DNA of 64,000 bases from Candidatus Saccharimonadota bacterium (lineage in GTDB: Bacteria > Patescibacteriota > Saccharimonadia > Saccharimonadales > JACDBH01): positions 98,385 through 162,384 of the forward strand of contig JAQGGW010000008.1 of assembly GCA_028289135.1 (NCBI GenBank). Direction: 5' to 3'. The notes beneath the pieces are model-generated. The model saw only the letters and a list, made by a program, of their open reading frames with translations. It searched no databases and was not told where the DNA came from. Numbering within the stretch: position 1 is the stretch's first letter; each line of letters begins with the position of its first letter. The position numbers were made by a program, and so were the translations under genes. Of the stretch, positions 1 through 5,473 are shown piece after piece.

Positions 1-330
1 GAGTACGAAATGATTTATATGCAAACCCTTATGCACCGAGTTTTAGCAACTATATCACTTGACCCAACGACAGGCTCTAAAGAGCCGCTTGGCCTGCCGA
101 GGACACAGCTAACCAACCCTACCCTTCAGAAGGGTATTCAAACTTTCTTAGGAATTGCAGCGGCAGTTGCCCTGCTAATTATTGTTATATCGGCTTTTAG
201 AATGGTTATTTCACGCGGCAACCCGCAGGATATCGCTAAAGCTCGCGACGCGATTTTGTATGCATCCATTGGGCTGGTCATAACCATGATAGCCTTTAGT
301 ATAGTAACGTTTGTGATTGGACGGGTTTAA
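1..330 (+). CDS. VirB2/TrbC-like (T4SS-pilin-like) small membrane protein, paralog 1, probably 5'-partial
   Basis: Frame is open from nt 1 (first ATG at 10, no signal peptide visible). C-terminal TM-loop-TM hairpin (AAVALLIIVISAFRMVISRGNPQDIAKARDAILYASIGLVITMIAF) aligns with the conserved core of the four downstream paralogs. TAA at 328-330 abuts the next ATG. Confidence 0.6.
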   Translation, partial: EYEMIYMQTLMHRVLATISLDPTTGSKEPLGLPRTQLTNPTLQKGIQTFLGIAAAVALLIIVISAFRMVISRGNPQDIAKARDAILYASIGLVITMIAFSIVTFVIGRV

Positions 331-855
331 ATGCGCCGGTTATTTGTTGCTATCACTATCATGCTGTTTGGCCTGGCTGTATCGATGCCTCTAATAAGTG
401 CCCGAACTGTTTATGCTGCGGATTGCGCAGACGGATCGTCCTTTGATGCAAGCGGGCAATGCCCTTGCGCGGGCGGTGCTACGCTCGGCGCAGACAATAA
501 GTGCGTGTGCCCAAGTGGCAATTCTCCCGAAACAGATGGGACGTGTAGCGTAGCGCCTTTTGCGCAAGCATGCCTTCTCGGAGCTGCTACTGCATCTACC
601 TGTAAAACAGATCCTACTAAAAATCCTGTTTCCGGCAAGGACGGAGTTATATTTAAAGCTATTAACATATTCTCGTTTATTATTGGTGTAGCCTCTGTTG
701 TTATGGTGCTAGTTGGCGGGCTGCGGTACGTCATATCCAACGGTGATAGCAACAATATCGCAACAGCAAAAAACACCATTCTGTACGCTATTATTGGCAT
801 TGTCGTATTTTTGCTTTCCCGTGGAATAATTGTTTTTGTCGTTAATAAACTTTAG
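331..855 (+). CDS. VirB2/TrbC-like small membrane protein, paralog 2 (8-Cys variable region)
   Basis: Signal peptide MRRLFVAITIMLFGLAVSMPLISARTVYA. The variable segment has 8 Cys. Conserved hairpin follows: VGGLRYVISNGDSNNIATAKNTILYAIIGIVVF. Confidence 0.7.
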   Translation: MRRLFVAITIMLFGLAVSMPLISARTVYAADCADGSSFDASGQCPCAGGATLGADNKCVCPSGNSPETDGTCSVAPFAQACLLGAATASTCKTDPTKNPVSGKDGVIFKAINIFSFIIGVASVVMVLVGGLRYVISNGDSNNIATAKNTILYAIIGIVVFLLSRGIIVFVVNKL

Positions 856-867
856 GAGACTAAAAAT

Positions 868-1317
868 ATGTTAAAAAAACTAAAATATATTATCGCAGGC
901 CTTAGCCTAGCGATTATCCCTGCCCTTGCTGTAAGCTATGTTTCCGCGGATGCGGCTCAGGATTCGGTCTGCCAAGGCATTGGACTAGTAAGCTCCACTG
1001 GCGGCTGTGTTGAAGATGCAAGCTCTCCTTCTGTGGGCGGTACGGTGCATGCGGTTGTAACAATTCTTTCCTGGGTTGTTGGCGTTCTTTCGGTCATTAT
1101 GGTAATTGTCGGCGGCTTCAAATACATCACCTCCGGGGGTGATAGTACAAAAGTTGGCAGCGCCAAAAATACCATTCTCTACGCGGTTGTCGGCTTGGTG
1201 ATTGTTGCCATGGCTCAAGTAATTGTACGGTTCACTATTAATAAGACATCAGGTACAAATAACCCAGTGACTCCCGTATCTGCTCCCGTCACTCCTCCAT
1301 CGCAAACCCCGAGCTAA
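868..1317 (+). CDS. VirB2/TrbC-like small membrane protein, paralog 3 (Pro/Thr-rich C-tail)
   Basis: AGGAG RBS at 854-858. Signal peptide, 2 Cys, conserved GGFKYITSGGDSTKVGSAKNTILYAVVGLVIVAMAQVIVRF, and an extra tail NPVTPVSAPVTPPSQTPS. Confidence 0.75.
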   Translation: MLKKLKYIIAGLSLAIIPALAVSYVSADAAQDSVCQGIGLVSSTGGCVEDASSPSVGGTVHAVVTILSWVVGVLSVIMVIVGGFKYITSGGDSTKVGSAKNTILYAVVGLVIVAMAQVIVRFTINKTSGTNNPVTPVSAPVTPPSQTPS

Positions 1318-1382
1318 TAAGCGTATTTGCAAGGGGTCAGTCTTAATAGCGCTCTGGCAACATCCCTCAGCTGCCGAAAGGC

Positions 1383-1412
1383 TTGTATACGACCTCTGAA
1401 CTGTGCTATAAA
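1383..1412 (+). promoter_or_regulatory. sigma70-like promoter for paralogs 4-5
   Basis: TTGTAT (1383-1388), 18-nt spacer, extended -10 TGcTATAAA (1404-1412). AAGGAAA RBS precedes the ATG at 1445. Confidence 0.4.
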
Positions 1413-1444
1413 TAAACGTAAGTTAAAACAAGGAAATATTCACA

Positions 1445-1930
1445 ATGTTTAAAAAAATCAAAGATTCAATAATTCTAGTCGCAAGCATCGCTTTGTTCGC
1501 GGTTCCAGTACTCGTGCCCGTTACAGCGCATGCCGCTGCTGCATGCGCCACTGACCCAGCAACCGGTGCTGTAATCGTGCCACATAGTCCTGCTGACTGT
1601 ACGCCACCTACTGATATCCGAGGAAACCTTTGCGGTGGTGTTGACCTAAGCACTGACCCCAACGCCGCTAACTGTAATAATGTAGATGCTACAGGTGCAA
1701 GCAGCGCCAATGGCCTTATCTCTAACATCATCAACATCTTCTCTCTTGTAGTAGGTATCGTTGCTGTTCTAATGATCATCGTTGCAGGTTTCCGCTACAT
1801 TACCTCTGGTGGTAATGATGGCAATGTTGGTACGGCCAAGAATACTATTCTCTACGCTGTCATTGGCCTTGTTATCGTTGCTCTTGCCCAGATAATTGTC
1901 CGCTTCGTACTCAATAAAACAAAAGTATAG
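1445..1930 (+). CDS. VirB2/TrbC-like small membrane protein, paralog 4 (4-Cys variable region)
   Basis: Signal peptide ending VTAHA. 4 Cys. Conserved AGFRYITSGGNDGNVGTAKNTILYAVIGLVIVALAQIIVRFVLNK. Confidence 0.75.
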   Translation: MFKKIKDSIILVASIALFAVPVLVPVTAHAAAACATDPATGAVIVPHSPADCTPPTDIRGNLCGGVDLSTDPNAANCNNVDATGASSANGLISNIINIFSLVVGIVAVLMIIVAGFRYITSGGNDGNVGTAKNTILYAVIGLVIVALAQIIVRFVLNKTKV

Positions 1931-1950
1931 TCTAGGAGACTGTAACAGCT

Positions 1951-2355
1951 ATGTTAAAAAAAATCTTGCTTAGCATTTCTATCGTCCTCGCTGCAGCTAT
2001 GCCGCTTGCCTTTGCGGGCGGTGCGTACGCAGCAGAAGGTATCCAACAGAACCTTTGTGCTGGTGCCAACCTAAACGTAAATACCGACTGTAATAGCGGC
2101 GGCATTACCGATGCCGAGGCACAGCAGCGTATTAACGACATCTTACACAGCGTCATTAACCTGTTTTCGCTCGTTGTGGGCATCGTGTCGGTCATCATGA
2201 TCATCTTTGGCGGCCTTAAGTACATCACCTCCGGCGGTGACTCAGGCAACGTCGGCAACGCCAAAAACACCATACTCTATGCAATCATCGGTATCGTGAT
2301 CGTTGCCCTTGCCCAGTTCATCGTCAGATTCGTGTTAACAAAAATCGCCCAGTAG
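1951..2355 (+). CDS. VirB2/TrbC-like small membrane protein, paralog 5 (2-Cys variable region)
   Basis: AGGAG RBS upstream. Signal peptide ending GGAYA. 2 Cys. Conserved GGLKYITSGGDSGNVGNAKNTILYAIIGIVIVALAQFIVRFVLTK. Confidence 0.75.
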   Translation: MLKKILLSISIVLAAAMPLAFAGGAYAAEGIQQNLCAGANLNVNTDCNSGGITDAEAQQRINDILHSVINLFSLVVGIVSVIMIIFGGLKYITSGGDSGNVGNAKNTILYAIIGIVIVALAQFIVRFVLTKIAQ

Positions 2356-2375
2356 CAACTGACGCGTTCAAATTT

Positions 2376-2405
2376 AAAAAGGCTTCCCTCCCGGAAGCCT
2401 TTTTA
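2376..2405 (+). terminator. rho-independent terminator of the pilin-like array
   Basis: AAAAA, then GGCTTCC (2381-2387), loop CTCCC, GGAAGCC (2393-2399), then TTTTT. Confidence 0.8.
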
Positions 2406-2596
2406 AATACTTCGACTCCCAATTACGATTTTGGCCTATTACACCCAGAATCAAATTATTTTACGACCTAGTGGTTCGTTTGGGTTATGTCAGGCTGAGT
2501 CAGTTTGGCCAAGCGGTTAAATATTATTATGATTTCACTTTAGTGTGGGTCCTAGACTCGTTAGGATAGTGCAGCTTGGGATGAAAGCCGAGCACT

Positions 2597-2631
2597 AAAA
2601 AAGAGCTGTGCATAAGGCACTGCTCTTTTTT
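2597..2631. terminator. bidirectional hairpin terminator (serves hsp20 on the minus strand)
   Basis: AAAAAAGAGCtGTGC, loop ATAAG, GCACtGCTCTTTTTT. Stem has one T-T mismatch and is flanked by an A-run and a T-run. Confidence 0.65.
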
Positions 2632-2676
2632 ATGACGCAGGTTTTCGCCCAAGGGGCGCATCCTACGAGTTTAGGA

Positions 2677-3165
2677 CTACTGGATTTGAATCTTCTTGAC
2701 AGTATCTTGCTTAACCTTAGCAAAAGAAATAGTAAGTACGCCGTCCTTCAACATCGCTTCAATCTCTTCTTCCTTAACAGGAACAGGCAATGCAATGCTG
2801 CGGCTAAATTCGCCCCAGTAACATTCTTGGACAAAATAATTCTCGACGTCGTCTTCAGTTCCGGCGCTTAATGTGCCGTGAATACTGAGCGTATTGTCCG
2901 AGATACTAACATCTAGTTCGTTCTTGTTGACCCCTGCTGTGCGGGCTTTAACAACCAGCTTGTCTTTGGTTTCATAAACATCAACCGCCAACTGGCCTGG
3001 TACTGGTTCTTCGTCGTCCCAATCTGATGCAGTCGGCGCGTCGGCTTGGCCGTCGTCTGCCATCGGAGCATTCGAAGGCGCCATAGAAGTATCATCATCA
3101 CCTAAGAAGGCGGCTGTTAGCTCATCCTCCATCAAGAGGTCGTCATCCTGATTCCGTCGTGCCAT
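2677..3165 (-). CDS. Hsp20/alpha-crystallin family small heat-shock protein
   Basis: Alpha-crystallin domain LAVDVYETKDKLVVKARTAGVNKNELDVSISDNTLSIHG...GVLTISFAK after an acidic disordered N-terminus. Confidence 0.85.
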   Translation of the reverse strand: MARRNQDDDLLMEDELTAAFLGDDDTSMAPSNAPMADDGQADAPTASDWDDEEPVPGQLAVDVYETKDKLVVKARTAGVNKNELDVSISDNTLSIHGTLSAGTEDDVENYFVQECYWGEFSRSIALPVPVKEEEIEAMLKDGVLTISFAKVKQDTVKKIQIQ

Positions 3166-3223
3166 CTTATTCTCCCCTCATAGCTTAAAATAGACAAAAA
3201 GATTGATTTTTTATCTTGCTCCT

Positions 3224-3252
3224 AGTATAGCTATAGTTGTTACGGGGTGCAA
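3224..3252 (-). promoter_or_regulatory. sigma70-like promoter of hsp20
   Basis: Minus strand reads TTGCAC (3252-3247), 17 nt, TATACT (3229-3224). GAGGGGAG RBS lies before the ATG at 3165. No CIRCE here. Confidence 0.6.
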
Positions 3253-3301
3253 CGCTTTTGAGTACTTATTTACAACATAATAAAAACAACAGGAGTAATT
3301 A

Positions 3302-3973
3302 GTGCGTTTAATCGAACACTTTTTCAGCCTTTTAGCCCCTCACGACTGTATTAATTGCGGCCAAGAAGGTGCCCTTCTCTGTTCAGACTGTACTGTTAAA
3401 AAACTAGAACCCGTGCCTGGGCGGTGCTACAGGTGTTTTAGGCAGTCACTTAATTGTTCCACCTGCCCTGTTTGCCGCCATTATTCTGTACTCAAACACG
3501 TATGGGTACGCACGCAATATAACGAAACGGCGAAACAATTGGTGCACGAGCTTAAATTTAGCTTTGCCAAGGACGCCGCTCATAAAATAGCTAAAGAAAT
3601 ACAAACAACCCTTCCCTTACTTGCACCCGATACGATCATTGTACATATTCCCGCAGCCACTACACACGTCCGCCAGCGCGGTTTTGACCAGTCGGCCCTA
3701 ATTGCCCGCGAGCTTTCGTATTTAACTAGCCTCCCCCATATTCATGCTTTGAATAGGCTGGGCCAGCAACGCCAGGTCGGTGCAAGCGCTAAAACCCGTC
3801 AGCAACAGATGAAAAATGCCTTTCGTGCCGTTTCTAATCATGCGATTGAAGGTATGCAAGTGCTTTTGGTCGACGATGTATTAACAACTGGTTCGACCCT
3901 TGAAGCCGCTGCCCTAACCCTCCGGCGAGCAGGCGCAAAGTCAGTTTCGGCCGTTGTCTTTGCCCAGGCTTAG
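3302..3973 (+). CDS. comFC: ComF family protein (ComFC-like, PRTase fold)
   Basis: GTG start. N-terminal Cys-pair zinc-finger motifs (CINCG, CSDC, CYRC, CSTCPVC). C-terminal PRTase motif VLLVDDVLTTGSTL. Confidence 0.8.
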   Translation: MRLIEHFFSLLAPHDCINCGQEGALLCSDCTVKKLEPVPGRCYRCFRQSLNCSTCPVCRHYSVLKHVWVRTQYNETAKQLVHELKFSFAKDAAHKIAKEIQTTLPLLAPDTIIVHIPAATTHVRQRGFDQSALIARELSYLTSLPHIHALNRLGQQRQVGASAKTRQQQMKNAFRAVSNHAIEGMQVLLVDDVLTTGSTLEAAALTLRRAGAKSVSAVVFAQA

Positions 3974-3980
3974 TAAATAC

Positions 3981-4009
3981 TTCCATTAACAGAGATAAGC
4001 TGGTATAAT
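3981..4009 (+). promoter_or_regulatory. promoter of the tRNA-Ser pair
   Basis: TTCCAT (3981-3986), 17 nt, extended -10 TGgTATAAT (4001-4009), 27 nt before the tRNA. Confidence 0.55.
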
Positions 4010-4036
4010 TTCAATCTGTTACGCAATGTTTAATAC

Positions 4037-4129
4037 GGAGGGGTACCCAAGTGGCTCAAGGGGACGGTTTGCTAAATCGTTAGGGGGGAGAAATCTCCCG
4101 CGAGAGTTCGAATCTCTCCTCCTCCGCCA
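4037..4129 (+). tRNA. tRNA-Ser(GCU), class II, CCA encoded
   Basis: Acceptor GGAGGGG/CTCCTCC. Anticodon stem ACGGT/ATCGT with loop TTGCTAA (anticodon 4071-4073). Long variable arm. T-arm GAGAG-TTCGAAT-CTCTC. Ends GCCA. Confidence 0.9.
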
Positions 4130-4170
4130 TCCTTCGTCGCCAACCTTTTTAAAAGGTTAGCCACGGAGGA
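4130..4170 (+). other. imperfect 16-bp hairpin between the two tRNA-Ser genes
   Basis: TCCTTCGTCGCCAACC (4130-4145) pairs with GGTTAGCCACGGAGGA (4155-4170), with 2 mismatches and 1 G-U. Possible processing or spacer element. Confidence 0.35.
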
Positions 4171-4187
4171 TGTTTACAATCATATAC

Positions 4188-4275
4188 GGAAGGGTCGCAT
4201 AGTGGTCGAGTGCACCGGTCTTGAAAACCGGAGACCTGAGAGGGTCCGAGGGTTCGAATCCCTCCTCTTCCGCCA
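4188..4275 (+). tRNA. tRNA-Ser(UGA), class II, CCA encoded
   Basis: Acceptor GGAAGGG/CTCTTCC. Anticodon stem CCGGT/ACCGG with loop CTTGAAA (anticodon 4222-4224). Long variable arm. T-arm GAGGG-TTCGAAT-CCCTC. Confidence 0.9.
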
Positions 4276-4279
4276 ATCT

Positions 4280-4318
4280 AAAATAGCCATGCTGCAAAGT
4301 ATGGCTATTTTAGTTTGG
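4280..4318 (+). terminator. hairpin terminator after the tRNA-Ser pair
   Basis: AAAATAGCCAT (4280-4290), 10-nt loop, ATGGCTATTTT (4301-4311), then a T-rich tail. Confidence 0.65.
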
Positions 4319-4324
4319 TACAAA

Positions 4325-4346
4325 GGTCGAATCCCTCCTCTTCCGC
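4325..4346 (+). repeat. direct copy of the 3' end of tRNA-Ser(UGA)
   Basis: GGTCGAATCCCTCCTCTTCCGC matches tRNA positions 4251-4273 except for one deleted T. The 19 nt at 4328-4346 are identical to 4255-4273. Confidence 0.8.
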
Positions 4347-4371
4347 TCTTTATAATTTTCTTTTTGAAAAA

Positions 4372-4380
4372 TGCTACAAT
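4372..4380 (+). promoter_or_regulatory. extended -10 box abutting the ATG at 4387 (leaderless candidate)
   Basis: TGcTACAAT, with only 6 nt before the ATG and no RBS. Confidence 0.45.
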
Positions 4381-4386
4381 AAGCGT

Positions 4387-4989
4387 ATGCAAGAAGAGGG
4401 TAATCAGGAGCAACAGGCGCAGCCAGATGCAGGCTGGGTTTTTAAGCAAGGGCCTCAGCAGTCTTCCCCTTTAGCGTCTCAAACTTCCTCATCGGCCACG
4501 TTGCCGGGCGTATCCATGACTACATCACCAGAAGATGCTGTTACCTGGAGTGCTTCGGAGTATGTCGGCCACCCCAAGAACGCTGGCTGGTATCTTATGC
4601 TCGCCGGGGCAACAGCTTCCGTAGGTGTTATCGTCTACTTTTTAACGCGTGATGTTGTCTCCACTGTAGTCATCGCCATCTTAGGCATTGTCGTCGGAGT
4701 CTTTGCGGCCCGTCAGCCACAAGTAATGGAGTATGCCTTGGACAGGTCAGGTATCCACCTTGGTAGCCGATTTTATCCCTATAATGTCTTCAAGACCTTT
4801 TCGGTAGCCGAAGATGGTGCATTCAGCCACGTTACCCTCTTGCCGCTCAAGCGGTTTTTGCCCCCAATAACCGTGCATTACTCTCCTGACGACGAAGAAA
4901 AAATCATCAAAACCCTGGCCGACTATCTCCCGTTTGAAGAGCATAAAAACGACGTCATCGAAAACTTCAGCCGCCGCGTCCGTTTCTAA
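4387..4989 (+). CDS. membrane protein of unknown function (2 TM, PH-like C-terminal region)
   Basis: Start moved from track 4315 (which overlaps the tRNA copy and terminator) to the in-frame ATG at 4387 (MQEEGNQ...). Disordered N-terminus, two hydrophobic helices, soluble C-terminus. Confidence 0.6.
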   Translation: MQEEGNQEQQAQPDAGWVFKQGPQQSSPLASQTSSSATLPGVSMTTSPEDAVTWSASEYVGHPKNAGWYLMLAGATASVGVIVYFLTRDVVSTVVIAILGIVVGVFAARQPQVMEYALDRSGIHLGSRFYPYNVFKTFSVAEDGAFSHVTLLPLKRFLPPITVHYSPDDEEKIIKTLADYLPFEEHKNDVIENFSRRVRF

Positions 4990-5070
4990 ATTTTTGACAG
5001 GATTTGCATGATATATATTCCTAAAACCTTGCAAGCAAGTTTTAGGGTACCGCTGCGCTATTAAGGAAAA

Positions 5071-5150
5071 CATGAATAGCCGGCGGCTATTCATGCCTAC
5101 GACCTCCAGCTGGAGGTCGACAGTGTTCGAATCCAGCCAGAAACAAACCA
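5071..5150 (+). other. palindrome-rich segment containing tRNA-Arg-derived fragments (candidate small RNA or integration scar)
   Basis: 11-bp perfect hairpin CATGAATAGCC-GGC-GGCTATTCATG (5071-5095). 20-nt perfect palindrome CGACCTCCAGCTGGAGGTCG (5100-5119). CCTACGACCTCCAG (5096-5109) is identical to 5211-5224 inside tRNA-Arg. A GTTCGAATCC T-loop-like box is present. The strong terminator at 5153-5184 follows. Confidence 0.4.
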
Positions 5151-5152
5151 AG

Positions 5153-5184
5153 AAAAAAGTCCCACCGAAAGGTGGGACTTTTTT
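5153..5184. terminator. bidirectional rho-independent terminator
   Basis: AAAAAA-GTCCCACC-GAAA-GGTGGGAC-TTTTTT. Lies immediately 3' of tRNA-Arg (minus) and of the 5071-5150 segment (plus). Confidence 0.8.
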
Positions 5185-5186
5185 CT

Positions 5187-5263
5187 TGGTGTACCCGACA
5201 GGATTTGAACCTACGACCTCCAGTACCGCAAACTGGCGCTCTATCCAGCTGAGCTACGGGTAC
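5187..5263 (-). tRNA. tRNA-Arg(GCG), CCA encoded
   Basis: Minus strand reads GTACCCG-TA-GCTC-AGCTGGATA-GAGC-G-CCAGT-TTGCGGT-ACTGG-AGGTC-GTAGG-TTCAAAT-CCTGT-CGGGTAC-A-CCA. The D-loop resembles Arg tRNAs. Anticodon is the reverse complement of 5227-5229. Confidence 0.8.
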
Positions 5264-5346
5264 AAAACAGAGGTAATTTTAGCATCTTTCTCTAGTAAAG
5301 GCTAGTCCTAATGGTTAATCGTAAGGTATAATTGCCTCTGTCCCAA

Positions 5347-5436
5347 GGAAGGGTCGCATAGTCCGGTCTAGTGCGCCGCTCTCGAAAAGCGGTAAGGCGC
5401 AAGCCTTCGAGAGTTCGAATCTCTCCCCTTCCGCCA
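5347..5436 (+). tRNA. tRNA-Ser(CGA), class II, CCA encoded
   Basis: Acceptor GGAAGGG/CCCTTCC. Anticodon stem CCGCT/AGCGG with loop CTCGAAA (anticodon 5383-5385). Long variable arm. TATAAT at 5327-5332 upstream. Confidence 0.9.
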
Positions 5437-5472
5437 AACAAAAACGCTCTGCTTCAAAACAGAGTGTTTTTG
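5437..5472. terminator. hairpin terminator shared by tRNA-Ser(CGA) and the convergent 5474-6661 gene
   Basis: ACGCTCTG (5444-5451), 8-nt loop, CAGAGTGT (5460-5467), then TTTTT. An A-run lies on the other side. Confidence 0.65.
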
Positions 5473-5473
5473 G

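Noticed and set aside
411-2273. Long minus-strand ORFs inside the pilin-like genes (411-800, 957-1175, 985-1218, 1423-1779, 1932-2273). Two begin with the similar peptide MVFLALPT...SPPEVMYL.PP.
   Set aside because: They are the reverse complements of the conserved plus-strand core (GGxKYITSGG...AKNTI), so their similarity to each other is a mirror effect. The plus-strand genes have signal peptides, RBSs and a terminator. The antisense ORFs have none.
1-2355. Possibility that the five small proteins are type IV (PilA-like) pilins or bacteriocin/lantibiotic precursors.
   Set aside because: There is no class III signal peptide (G/FTLIE) and no leader-core architecture or nearby modification enzymes. 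Each has two C-terminal TM helices, which fits VirB2/TrbC-type topology instead.
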